DNA from: Epiperipatus broadwayi | Taxonomy: Eukaryota > Animalia > Onychophora | Assembly: GCA_028023455.1 (NCBI GenBank) | Contig: JAQFVV010000006.1 | Coordinates: 19,344,001 to 19,408,000, forward strand | Direction: 5' to 3' | DNA: 64,000 nt | Shown: positions 12,600 through 25,149 of the stretch, one piece after another | How positions within the stretch are numbered: position 1 is the first letter of the stretch | Layout: each line of letters begins with the position of its first letter | Notes under the pieces: model-generated | The model's database searches: none | Told to the model about the DNA's origin: nothing | The model's input: only the letters and a program-made list of their open reading frames with translations | Program-made: the position numbers and the translations under genes

Positions 12600-15500
12600 T
12601 TTCTATTCTCCACCCTGTTTTCCCATACCGTGCTCCATTCCATTTTTACAACATAATCTTTGTCAAATCCATGACCTTTATATCTAAATCCTCCCTTATC
12701 TTTTTCCAAATCCAGCATAAAAAAACCGACTTTCTGCATAATCACTTTCCTTATATTTATTCTTCTACAACTCTATTACTTATACTCTTTCTGTTTTCAG
12801 GTATTTACATTCAATTAACAGATGCCTAATATTATCTTTGCCTTCCTAATACAAGTTACAGACTAATCACTCGCATTTTTCCATTTATGTGTATAATCTT
12901 CTGTTGCTAAAGATCCCGTTCGAGCTTTAAACAACTTCCTTGCTATTATCATAAATATTCACATCCAATATTGTTTACTTCAATATACTCCATACTAGTT
13001 CTCCATCTCTCCAACTCCCTATTCTTTATTAATGCATTTATTCTTCTATCCCATTCCTTACCGCTATAACACTTAACAATTCTAATGCAATCATCGCACC
13101 TTTTGTATGTACAAGTATACTGACACAAATTCTTTATCCAAATCTGCATACCGCATTACCTTTCTCACCCATCTTGTTACCTGCCCTTTATTCATAACCC
13201 AATTAAATATTATTTTGGCTATTCTTTTATTATACATAAACTGCAATCTATTGAATATTTTCATTTTGCTTTTCACATCTCTCATATGAAAATTTGACGA
13301 ACCCATTTCTCCTTAAATTGCCTCCTTTGCCGTCCACACATCTGCATCTAATACATGTCTTCCTACTTAATATCCCATTACTAACACATGGTTACTATAT
13401 GTTGATCTTGCTACTGCCACTCCCGTACAATTCTAGCTATGTCATGTTTACTACAAGAAAATACTGCTAATTTCTTTATCAATCCCTTTCTTTTCTTTGC
13501 TTCATTTATCATTTTTTTCTCCCATTCATCCATGCAATTTCTGATTAGTTAAGATGATTCCCAAATAGTTATATCTATTCACCACATCTAACTTTATACC
13601 CCCAATATCAATTCTTTCTTTTCTCTTTCCCCAGTATTAATCATTACTTTCGATTTTTCACTAAATCCCCATCTCTTTATCCACTCTTGCGCAAGTCCTG
13701 AGCATAACTACCATATCCTTCCTTCTTTCTGCACACAAAAAGGCATCATCTGCAAACAAAGGACCCGATAATGTATATACTACCTTGTCCTCTATATTAA
13801 TGGTATCTCTATCCCTCTTCCTAGTCTTTATATTGCACTCTCCATTGCTCTCAAACAAAAACAAATAGGATTACATAGGGCAGCCTTGCCTTAGTCCCAC
13901 CCCATTTTCAACTTTGACTGACGCTATATTCCCTAATTGATACGTATAGTAATTATTTTCATATAATTTCTTAATAATATCCACTAAAGCTCCATCCATT
14001 CCCAAATTTACTAAACTTATCCACAATCTATTTCTATTTATTCTATCATATGCCTTCGCTGTATCTATAAAAACCATATATAACTGTCTACTTGTATACC
14101 TACTCATACCCAAAAGTTGTATAACTACAAATAATAGTTCCAACACAATTGAAATAAAACAACTATATAAAAATATTTTTTTTTATATAATTGTTTTATT
14201 TCAATTGAGTTGGAACTATTATTAATTATTGAAAACATTATGAAGATATTTATGTTTGACCATTATTAAGAAACTACAAATAAACTATTGCCTATATGCT
14301 ATAACTGTTGAACTTTCTATGATCTTTACCCTTTCCTTTAAATAGTAGCCTTATTCTTGTATCACTCCAACTACCTGGAAAATCTCTCTTCTGTACCATC
14401 ATATTAAAACATGATAACAATTTTACTTTTGCCTTACATCTTAAATTCATTACCATTTCTGCTGCCTATTGATCTAAACCTCTTGCCTATTCACTTTTTC
14501 AATTTCTTCCCTGCCTCATTCAGTTCATTTTCTGTAAACCTAATATTCTCCTTACTATATACTTTCAAGTTTGCTATCATTCTGTCCTTCACATCTAACA
14601 TCTTTTCTATACCCATTACATACTCATTTAATATAATCTCCAATTCTTCTCTAGAACTACTCTCTACTCCCTCATCTAGTAATACTATCTCTCTCTCCCC
14701 TACATTTCTTCTTTTAATGTATTTCCAAAATTGTTTTATTCACATCTCTTCCACTTTTATTAATATCCTCCAACAATTTACTATTCAATTTCATTCTCTC
14801 TATAATTATCTATTTTAGCCATTTTCTTTTTTTTTGTAAGTACTTTTCCCATTTAACATAAACAACTTTTTCATTTTCTTTGTTCTTAATAGCACACATA
14901 TTCTCTGCGTCCTTTTTTCCTCTTTTACACTTTTAGTAACTGTTTTTTATTATTTTTATTCTTCTGAATATTCTCACCTGAAACCCTATTTGCTACTCAC
15001 CCCCAACCAACTCTTCCAGGGTTTCTTCAACTTTTATTTTATACTCTTCTAACTTACTCTTACAATTCACTTTCCATCCACATCTTTCACTATCATTTCT
15101 ATTTTTATTTCTATTTTCCCTCACATTATTCACCACTTCTATTAATAAAGAAGTTATGATCATTATTACACAATCTCTCCTCATTATCAAACAGTAATTT
15201 TCCATATTTTATTCATTCCCTCTTTCTCTACTACTACATAATCTATTTGTGTGGAATATATTATTTCTACACCATGTGTATTGTGCCTCATAAGTATTTG
15301 ATAAATTTCCAAAGCTCAAATTCACTCTTTGACAAAAATTCTTCAAAAGCTGTCTATTCATATTACCTACATCATCAATTTCTTCAATATGCCCATTCAT
15401 ATCCCCTATAACTATTATTCTCTTCCCCTTTTCTTTGAAACTCTGCATATCCTTAACTAGACATTCATATATACTACTGTTCCACTCCATTATAGTTTAA

Positions 15501-15900
15501 CTATCTCCAGTAGCTATATACACTATAGCCACCATCCATTCTTGTCTCAAACCACAAATATTTCTTGACATTCAATAGTAATTAAATATTTTTTTGACAT
15601 AACTCCTACACCATCATTCCTTTTTATATCCTGCTATACCAAGTCTTCCAGAATAGGTTCTTCTTCTCTTAGATGTGTTTCCACTACTGCTAATACTTCA
15701 AGCTCTTCACTTTTAATTGTCTTGTTTAACTCCAGCCACTTTTTTGGTCTCCTACCACCTTGCATAGCAAATACCCAATTTTAACAATTTCTTCTTTCCT
15801 AACTACTCTTTCTTCTCCATTTCATTCATAAATAACTTGCTTACCATTAATTTTTACAGACCCATTCCCTCTCCACATCTACATTTATATCTAAATCAGC
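12600..15900 (-). pseudogene. LINE ORF2: AP endonuclease + reverse transcriptase, fragmented
   Basis: ORF-track fragments 15209-15490 (GDMNG), 13871-14146 (KAYDR, GLRQGC) and 13661-13864 (LFADD). Confidence 0.9.
14123..14283. repeat. Insertion in the LINE RT: 94-bp hairpin flanked by 12-bp direct repeats
   Basis: Palindrome 14130-14223 (two mismatches). AACTACAAATAA at 14123-14134 and 14272-14283. The sister copy near 18740 lacks the insert. Confidence 0.85.
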
Positions 15901-15972
15901 TATCCTTTGTTTATTTCTTACATCCCATCCAGTCTTCTTTCTCATAACACTGCAATTTACCCCCCCCCCCTT

Positions 15973-16937
15973 TTATAAGTTTCCTGAACTATATTCTTTA
16001 TAAATCAGACTCCCTAAAACTTCACTTCCTTGTTTTCCTAAGAGCAATCCATCTTTGCTATATAACTCCCTCTGACCAATAAAAATATCCCACACATCCA
16101 CAAACATAACATTTCTCTCACATAATTTTATCAATCTCTCATTTATAAAATGTGCTCTATCTAACATATATCTCGTCAAATCTTGGTAATAATCCAACTA
16201 CTCCTACTCTTCCTTTAATCTTACTCAAATTCGTCCATTATTCTCTCTGATGGCTCTAACAAATTATTAGTCCCTACATAACATACACATCTCTATTCCC
16301 TTGCTTCTTTATTTTATCTGTAATATCCCTAATTCTAGCTCCAGGCAAACATACTCTTACATACTTGTTTCTATTTTCCCTTGCAATTATATCTCAACAT
16401 TCTCTAATTAGCGAATCTCCTATCAATACTGTCTCATAGTCTACTTTCTCTGCTTCATTCATAACCTTCTCTACCACCTTCTGGACTTCCTTATCTACTT
16501 CTTCCTTATCATTCCTACTCAATAATTCCTTTATCTGCTCACACTTCATCTCTAACAATTTTAGTTTTGCTTCTACACCCTTTACCTCTTCCTCTGTCTA
16601 ACTTATTCTTTGGCTAAACATCTCCATTTTACTACTAATTTTCCACCCATACCTCCTGACACTCCACTAAAACCATTCTTTATCCTATCTCCCTCAATTA
16701 CATTTAGCTTCATTGCTCCCGACTTTCTCTTTAGACTATTTACACTTAGAAACCACTTTTTCACTTCTTTTATCACATTTACACACTGTCTACATAACCA
16801 TAAACTTGTTACATCCTTCCTAGTCTTATTTAAACATTTCAAGTGATAAACCTTTTTACATATGGTACTCTACCATAGCATGCCTAATTTCTTTCTGACG
16901 ATTATATATGCATTATGGGAATACAAATGCAATCCAT
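15973..16937 (-). pseudogene. LINE ORF1: PHD finger + coiled coil + SGNH esterase, frameshifted
   Basis: MDCIC...CKKVYHLKCL...WLCRQC, then IGDSL, GTNN and DGLLLGKQGSEVLG (the SGNH DGLHL block). Confidence 0.8.
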
Positions 16938-17289
16938 ATTTATTTTCTAAGTCACCTACTCTATATTTGACTACATACTCCCTCTCCTAGTCGTGAAACC
17001 CCTTTGCACAAAAGGATTAAAACTTTACTCTCTTTCAAAACCGATCGATCGATAACATGTTTTCCGACCTTAAGACTCCAATACATTACCTTTTTTCTCA
17101 AATAGATCACTGTTCTTAAATAAAAAAAAACCCCTTTAATAGCAAACTTACTAAAAAACAACTATTCTTACATACAACTTAATTATAAAATATACTTACA
17201 TTAACACACACTCAACAAAATAATTTTTTTTAAAATTTTCTATATTGAAAATTGAGATTGAAACACTTTCTAAATGTTAACAATTCCCG

Positions 17290-18850
17290 ATCTTTCCAAA
17301 TTCAATTAAATCTCTCTCTCTTGATCACAATTTACTCTTCCCTTTCATACCACAGGCAATAAGCCACTTTCTATATAATCACTTTGTTCATATTTATTCT
17401 CCCCAAACTTCATTATTTGTATCCTTTCTGCTTTCAGACATTTACATTCAATTAACAGATGCCTAATATTTTCTATGCCTTCCTTATATAATTTGCAGAC
17501 TAAATCACCCATATTTTTCTATTTACGTGTACATTCCCTTGTTGCTAAAGATCCCGTTCGAGCCTTAAACAGCAAATTACTTTCCTTGCTATTATCATAA
17601 ATTAACTCACACCCAATATTCTGTTTACTCCTATAAATATTTAAACTCTTTTTACTCTCCATACTAGCTCTCCATCTCCCTATTCTTTAATAATGCATCT
17701 ATTTTTCTATCCCATTCCTTAACATTATAACACTCAACAATTCTCCTAACACAATCATTTCTGCATATCACATTCCCCTTCACACCCATCTTGTTGCCTG
17801 CCTTTTATTGATAACCCTATTAAATATTAGTTTGGCTATTCTTTTATTATCCATAAACTGCAATCTACCAAACATTTTCATTCTGCTTTTTGCATCTTCA
17901 TACAAAAACATGACCATCTCATTTCTTCTTGAATTGCCTCCTCTGCCATTCACACTTCTGCATCTAATGCATATCTTCCTACTTCTTTTTCTGAGTAATC
18001 TAATATCCCTTTACTAACACATAACACTTCATTACCATATGTTAATCCTGCTAGTTACTCCCTTCCATACAATTCTAGCTACATCATATTTATTATAAAA
18101 GAACAGTTTTCTTTATCAATCCCTTTCTTTTCTTTGCTTCATTTATCAATTTTTTCTCCCATTTGTCCAAGCAATTTCTCCGATTACTTAAGACAATTCC
18201 CAAATAGTTATATCTATTCACCAGATTTAACTTTATATCTCCCAATAAAAATTGTTTGTCTTCTCTTTTGATTTTTCTTCACTAAATTTAGTCCCCATCT
18301 CTTTACTCATTTTTGGACATATCCTCAGCATAACTTCCATTCCTTCTGCGCACACACAAACATCATCCGCAAATAAAAGGCCCGACAATGTATATACTCC
18401 CTTGCCACCTATTAATGGTATCTCTACCCCTCTTCCTAATCTTTCAATTGCTCTCTCCATTTCTCTCAAATACAACAAAAACAAAATAGGTGATAGAGGA
18501 CACCCTTGCCTTAGTCCCATTCCCATTTTTAACTTTAACTGAGTCTATATTCCTAATTGATACATACAGTAATTACTTTCATATAATTTCTTAATAATAT
18601 CCACTAAAGCTCCATCCATTTCCAAATTTACTAAATTAAACTTACACATAATCTATTTCTATTTATTTTATCATATACCTTCACTATATCTATAAAAACC
18701 ATATATAACTATCTACCCGTATTTCTACTCATATCCATAAGTTGGGTAACAACAAATAAACTATCTCCTATATGCCTATCTGATCTAAAACTTCGTTGCA
18801 TCACCCCCCCCTCCTACATTATTTTTCTTCCATCCATTTTGCATCCCTTC
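17290..18850 (-). mobile_element. 5'-truncated copy of the same LINE family (RT and C-terminal region)
   Basis: Colinear with 12700-14340. GMGLRQGCPLSPILF and LFADD in ORF 18233-18526. Confidence 0.92.
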
Positions 18851-19230
18851 CAGCCACCATATGATATGTGATGTATATGTATATGAGAAAACTTTAATGA
18901 CCTAGTGACGCCCTCGCTGATCAAAAGAAGTGACCGGTATACTATGTTATTTTTTTAATATAGAAATGCTAGTATTTATTTATTACAAAGCAACTTCACA
19001 ACTAAATATTATTAGTATAAATTGCTTCTATAAATAACAGATATATCATTTTAATGATGTAATAGGTTAAAAAGTATAATGTAGTATTAAATATTGTTAT
19101 ACTAGAATACATTGCGTAGTAAAAGATAATGCACAACAAGTGACCACTATCAATGATTATCATTTTGTTATAATATTCTATTGTTTAATTATTTTCAGTT
19201 AGAGGACTGAATATAAACTACTATAAAGAA

Positions 19231-19343
19231 ACAAATCTATTTCTCTTATTCCAATTCTGTCATCACTTTGTGTGATCAAGAAGTTACAAATCTATTTCTC
19301 TTATTCCAATTCTGTCATCACTTTGTGTGATCAAGAAGTTACA
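19231..19343 (+). repeat. Perfect 55-bp tandem duplication
   Basis: ACAAATCTATTTCTC...TCAAGAAGTT at 19231 and 19286. Confidence 0.95.
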
Positions 19344-19839
19344 TGGGAGAGATTAATAAATTTCTACCCAGTGCTGGTTCTAGCCATATCCTTTAGATTA
19401 GTTTCTAGTTTCCAATAGCAGAAATGAAATAGATGACCCTTAAAAGTGTTGTGTTGGTAGAGATCATGTGATGTTGCATTGGTGCTAACAATTGTTTGCT
19501 TATATCTCATTTCGGGGGGGGGGGGGGGGTAGAAAAAAACTAATAAACACAATTATGAAGTTTGTCCTCAACGTGTAAGTCTGGAAGATAGCAACAATAA
19601 TAATGTAAGCCTTTCTTCTAAACTGTGCCTAATGCTTAAGCTTCTAAGCAGCCATATACATGGGTAAAATAAAAGCTAAGAGACAGACCATTTCCTTCAA
19701 AACAATAACAGGAACAAGTCACCAAGAAAAAAAAAGTTTATTCACCCATTATTTGCATTGGGTTGTTTGTTTACAATATCCAATGATAATCATTACCTGT
19801 TCGTTGACAAATGACAAGTTTAAAGGGTCAACAGGATTA

Positions 19840-21345
19840 CCCCCCCCCCCCCCAGATGAAATAAGTCACTTATTTAATAATATACTCTAACAGATACTTC
19901 TGCAGCTATATATTTCTTTTTTCTTTTAATAATGGATGGATAGTTCTCTTTTCTGATGATACGACTGGTTATTATTTCTAATTCTTGGCAAACTTTCAAT
20001 AAGGGCTGGTTCATTTTGTGGTGTGACTGTTGTTTGCTAATTTATGGAGTCTGATTATACTACTTCACTGCTGGGTATGTTAAAGTTGATGCAAAAGTTT
20101 CATATGCCATTTATGAAGATGATCTTTAGGGTTTTCATTACTGGTAGGTATGATCATTTCTGCCACAATTATAGCTGGGATCCAATTTTCCCTGGATACA
20201 AAAAACATAAATCTTTTGTATCAATTTTTGAAGCCATTATTTGCTTTAGTGACAGGTTTAGGATTGAGACTGGATAATTTGACTCTCAATCTACGATTCA
20301 TTAATATTTCAGCCAGAGTTCTGCCATGAACCACAGATAGAGTTATGCTCTGGATTAGGAGTATTCTAGCTAAGCACATATTTCAATCATTTGCTACTTC
20401 CTTCTGGAGGGTTTTTTAACCTCTTGAATCAAACATTCAGCTTATCTATTGCTCTCTGGGTGGAATGGCAGTGATAATGTAGATTAATTTCATTATTTGC
20501 ACAGAAGTCTTTGAATTGTCCAGATATAAATGCAATTCTATTAACAAAGAAAGACTATAAGTTCAAAATATTTTTCTCAAAGAGTCAATTATGAAAAAGA
20601 TGTTGAAGTTGGGTACAATCACATAGAGTAAGTATCAACAATGATGAGAAATTTTTTTGTCTTTCCAATGGCCAGCATGTTCGAAATAAATTTTTTCTCA
20701 GGACACAGCTGCCTATGCCCATTTTGTTTTAGCTGGCATAATGTGATTTATTTTGCACTGCTGATACAGATGTACCTGAAATTTTATATCAAAATTTATA
20801 TTAGGCCACTAGACATAAGATTTAGCCAACAGTTTTGTTCTCATTATTCCTATAACTTTAAGATTGTTTGTGACTTCTGGGAGGAATGATAATTCAATTG
20901 CTCCTGCTCCATAAGATACATTCATCCTCAATGCATAGCTTATGCCTTCTTATCCAAAAGACTTTAATGTATATATGATTTGTTAATTGGCCACTTTACA
21001 CATATCTATTTACCAAGAAGCTGATACTCTTGATAATTTTGTATCCAGCCAGCTATTACTTTACAGTTTATTTGGTTATTATTTTCTAAATCAATCATAT
21101 CTATTAATGGTTTCTCATTGTATTTAACTTGTTTATTTTTATCCGGTAATCTACTTAGTGCACCGACATATTGGATTTTCTCTCTTCTAAAGTAAAAAGA
21201 ATTTCAAGATATATGCATTGAGTAAGTTAAACCTCTTAGCATGTGAGAGGAGACATGCTGAAATAGCCCTCTTTCAGCATCAAAAATGCCTAATAAAAGT
21301 TAATCATCAGTTTGTAAATGAATGATCTATAGATTTAATTTTTTA
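19840..21345 (-). mobile_element. Degenerate Ty3/gypsy pol fragment (RNase H C-terminus + integrase) ending at a G-rich PPT-like tract
   Basis: Minus-strand QTDD*LLLGIFDAERGLFQHVSSHMLR, VGALSRLP, HAGHWKDKKFLIIVDTYS and FKDFCANNEI parallel the 44300-45400 element. G14 at 19853-19840. Confidence 0.75.
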
Positions 21346-21507
21346 ATACCTACTAACAGGAGTTCTCCATCTATATAAGAGTAATTTTTCCAGCCCTAAT
21401 CAAATAAGGCAATAGGTACATTACTCCCATCTTTGTTACAGTGGGCTAAGACTGCTCTAGTGTTGCATATTAGGACTAATTCATACTTGGATCATAATGG
21501 GTTAGAC

Positions 21508-21590
21508 CAGTGGCAATCAACCTGGTCCCTACTGCTGGGCGTTCCAGCCTTCATGGGGAGCGCTAGGGGTTTTGTCCGACACTGAAGCAC
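21508..21590 (+). mobile_element. Left end of a hAT (Charlie/Buster-type) non-autonomous element
   Basis: Starts CAGTGGCAATCAACCTGGTCCCTAC after GGTTAGAC, which has the central TA typical of Buster/Charlie 8-bp targets. No right TIR seen. Confidence 0.55.
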
Positions 21591-21649
21591 TTTCTTTTTT
21601 TTTTAATTTAATTAACTTTTTAAAAAAATTTCATAGTTATTATTACAAA

Positions 21650-22203
21650 TGGAAACATAATGGATGAAATTAATCATAGAATTAAACTTGGTTGGAGTGC
21701 TTTTGGTAGAACTAACCTAATATTAAAAGGAAATATGACTATGTGTTTGAAAAGGGAAGGTTTTTAATAAATGTGTTTTACCAGTTCTTACTTATGGATC
21801 TGAGACATGGACACTTAATAGAAAAGCAATACACAGAATTCAGACCACTCAAACAAGTATGGAGAGGTGCACGATAGGAATAACACAAAGAGATCGAAAA
21901 TGCAAAACATAGGTAAGAGAACAAACAGGTGTTACTGATATTGTTGAAAGAATTAAAAGACTGAAATGGAATTGGACTGAACAGATTATTAAAAGAGGTA
22001 ATAATAAATGGACAATTGAAGTCTTAAATAGGATTCCAAGAGATTGTAAAAGACCTAGAAAGAGAGCATATGTGAGAAGAATGGATGAAATAAGAAAGTG
22101 TGCAGAGGTGATGAGAAGAGAAGCTAGAGATCAGAGAAGATGGACTGAACTTGGAGACCTTCATTCTGCAGTGAGTTGATAATGGTTGACAATGATGATA
22201 ATA
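21650..22203 (+). mobile_element. RTE-clade LINE 3' fragment
   Basis: RIKLGWSAFG, CVLPVLTYGSETW, LKW and KRPR...DEIRK motifs. Ends in a GATGATAAT tail. Confidence 0.9.
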
Positions 22204-22319
22204 TAAATTTATTATAGTAATAATAGTTTTATTTAATAAAACTAACGTACTTATAATGCTTTATTGATAATGATAAAAATAAATAAAAAATGAAAAGTTT
22301 ATTCCCATAAAACACATAA

Positions 22320-22620
22320 AGGCAGAGAAAAGTGTCCATGTTAAATGAATGTGTGACATACTGGAGAAAACTATGCATTTGGGGCATGCAATATCAGCAG
22401 ATCAAGGTCAGTGGTTAAGATAAACACATACATCGAATGCAATCTGATAGTCAGTGCATTAACACAGAAAAAAATTCTTTTTGAAATTTTACTGTGTGCA
22501 GATGTATCTTCTTTATGCACTAATTTTTTTAAGTGCTGCACATGCGTGCACACTTTAAAGACGACACTGATCACCAGTTAACTGTCAAGAATAATGAAGG
22601 CAAACCTGAATTAATATTTT
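22320..22620 (+). mobile_element. Very old LINE RT 3' fragment
   Basis: Plus-strand HLGHAISAD and KKFFLKFYCVQMY resemble the YLGHII / K..LF.SYC..MY blocks of L2/RTEX-group RTs. Confidence 0.35.
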
Positions 22621-22940
22621 AATTTTATTGATTAATAATAACATTGGTGAATGAAAAATAATCTCACAAAACACTTATGGACTTAGTTCTAAATACATAC
22701 ATAGATCTGGGAGATAACAATAAGAACAAAATCTTTCTTTTAAACTGTGCATTGATCCTAAAGCCAAGAAACAGCCCAATTCCCTCTAAAAAACAAAAGG
22801 AACAGATTAATGAGGAAAATATGTTAATTCATTCATTATTTTCATTAATGTAATACAGTGAGCATATCAATAGTTCAAACAAGCTCTTAATTGATAAGTG
22901 CAGTATGAGAAAATATTTAAAATCTCTATCCAGAACCTTT

Positions 22941-22990
22941 CCATCTCCAGACCAACTGGTTTCAAGCTTATGGCTCATTTCAGTGGAGAG
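22941..22990 (-). ncRNA. Degenerate type I hammerhead ribozyme motif
   Basis: CTCTCCA CTGAAAT GAGC-CATAA-GCTT GAAA CCAGTTGGTC TGGAGA. Helix I (TCTCCA/TGGAGA), helix II and helix III can all pair. The core deviates from CUGANGA. Confidence 0.55.
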
Positions 22991-23255
22991 CTAGAATATA
23001 AAAGTAATGTCACGTTATATATGACTTCATTTTATTATTATTATTATTTTACCTTTAAGGCTTTGGCTATGCTGAGGCTATTAAAATATGGTAGATCTGA
23101 ATTTAGTTCAATTCCATATAGCTATTTAAGTTAGATAGCTGGATTTAAAGATCTTTTCATATCCGAAAATTTCAGAGTTTCTACTTAAATATTAAGTATG
23201 AAACAAGTGCTGGGTTTTGAGTTGATATTTTAGATCTAGTGTCCGAATAGTCTAA

Positions 23256-23303
23256 CTCTCCACTGATGTGAGCCATAAGCTTGAAATCCGTTGGTTTGAA
23301 GAT
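23256..23303 (+). ncRNA. Degenerate type I hammerhead motif (other arm)
   Basis: CTCTCCA CTGATGT GAGC-CATAA-GCTT GAAA TCCGTTGGTT TGAAGA. Confidence 0.5.
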
Positions 23304-24643
23304 GGGAAGGTTCTGTATAGAGATTTTAAATATTTTCTCATACAGTACTTATCAATTAAGAGCTTGTTTGAGCTATTGGTACGATCTCTGTATTACATTT
23401 TTGTAAATACAAGCTTATAAAAGTAATGTCACGTTATATACGACTTGTTTTTTTTTATTATTATTATTTTCATTGTATTGATTGTTTATATATATTATCC
23501 AATTATGGTCATTTTTTGGTTGCTGAATTCAAATGATGTGTTCATTTTTTTTTTTATAGGTGATCAGGAATAGCTCATAAGAAGAAAAACATCTTTCCAA
23601 TGTTTCAAAAACAATTTTCTTTTTTTTTTTAAAAAAAATAAATTTAAAAATAAAAACTTTAAACAATACAGAAGCATTGGTAAAACTGAAAAGATAGGGA
23701 GTTCAAATTAAGGTGTTACCTGAGAAAATAAAGAAGCTTTGAAAAATATATATATAAATAGTAAAGCAATCTTTTTACAATGGCACAAATGAAGAGAGAG
23801 ATAAATATGGCGCTAAACATTTTCAGCAATAGCTAAATATTTTGCAAAAATTCATAATGCTTAAATAGGGCGTCAACCAATACAACTATTCAAAATAAAA
23901 AAATGACTTGTATATAATAAAAACTTTTTTTTGATAAGCAGTAACATATATTATAGGTAAAATAATCTTCAAATGGTCCATTGCAGGTAAAGATCTCTCC
24001 GACAGTCCTAAAAAGTACGACGCACGCATATCTAGATGTGGGCAAGAAATAAATATTCGAATAGTAGGTTGTTCAGGTCAGATGACATTTGAACACAGGA
24101 AATGATTAGTTTCAACTATCACTCACATCGATATTATGCATGCAAAGACAAAGAAATGCTTATATATTAACAGCCATCCATTAAATATTTAGATTAACAA
24201 TACATACAAGATGTAGTTCAAGGAATAGGAAGCAAATGTATGTCTAATATATATACACGCACAGACTCCTTTTCATTTTTAAACGTAAGGCAACAAATTA
24301 TTTTTTTTCTCATAGGAACTCATTTCAATTGCTTATTTTTTGTGCAAGATTAGTAGCTCTTATTAATTATAATGAGAATCAATGAAAAATATTTTTGTAT
24401 TTCAATAAAATAAAGGACAAAAAAACATTTTTTTTTTTTTACAATTCATTTTGTTTTTATATTATGTACTAAATCAAACATACCGAACTCGTGATAAAAT
24501 ACTGCAGAAGTGAAAACGTTTTAAAATAAGATTAAGAGCCAATACACAATGAAATCAGCACAGACTGCGATTGAAAAGTGCCCCATTAACAATGGAAGTA
24601 CAGTACACTAGTCACAAAAATTAAAAACATTTCACTTACTTAC

Positions 24644-25099
24644 CTTAGCAAAATATTCAAAGCCCTCTGGTGGAAATAATAATGATTTACTAAAATTAAG
24701 CTTATTGTATTTTACGAGAGAGGGACTTTCATGCAATTCTTCGTTGTGCTTGTTAAAACCGTTATTACAAGTATTCTCCCAAGCCAATGAAAAAGATTCC
24801 TGAATTTTCAATTCTAAGGCTTCATTTATTTCTTTTATAGTTGTTTTGGCATTTGGAATAACCAAATTTTCGAATCCTTCTAAAATCTTTGGATGGTGTC
24901 TCTTTAGATGGCGCTTAAAATTTGAACTAATTCCCAATTGGGCAGCAACAGATGATCCACACAAATTACATACAGCGGTGCACTTGTTATCAATTTCATT
25001 TGAACAATAATCTTTAAAAAAATGATCGAAATAAAGAGTTGATGGTTTTTTTAAAGTATCACTAGGAGGAGGAATTATTAATTTGTGAATAACTTCCAT
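24644..25099 (-). CDS. First coding exon (152 aa) of a BED zinc-finger protein
   Basis: ATG at 25099. YFDHF...AVCNLC...GISSNFKRHLKRHH fits the BED finger consensus. Ends at a consensus donor AAG|GTAAGT (phase 0). Intact frame in a CpG-retaining context. Confidence 0.85.
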
Positions 25100-25149
25100 T
25101 TTAATTACGATTGTAATTGCTGGCGATTTCAATTTAATTGCTATTTGGA

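Larger units (their letters stand above)
12530..17150 (-). mobile_element. Near full-length degenerate non-LTR retrotransposon (APE-type LINE; L2/CR1/RTEX-like, clade unresolved)
   Basis: ORF1 has a PHD finger, coiled coil and SGNH motifs. ORF2 has endonuclease motifs (AVVETHLR, IGDMNGH, TW) and RT motifs (FIDTAKAYDR, GLRQGCP, LFADD), with many stops and frameshifts. Confidence 0.92.
22868..23378. repeat. Fold-back with 128-bp arms, each arm holding a degenerate hammerhead motif
   Basis: 22868-22995 is the near reverse complement of 23251-23378. TATAAAAGTAATGTCACGTTATATA is duplicated at ~22997 and ~23416. Confidence 0.9.

Noticed and set aside
14411-14818. 135-aa hydrophobic plus-strand ORF (also 13107-13289, 16610-16846, 17808-18017, 18252-18542)
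   Set aside because: Antisense shadows of purine-rich LINE coding strands.
20044-20889. Plus ORFs 20044-20277 and 20641-20889
   Set aside because: Antisense to the decayed integrase.
22371-22574. Minus ORF as exon 2 of the BED gene
   Set aside because: The stronger phase-0 acceptors lead to stops within 10 codons. The plus strand better fits an old LINE fragment.
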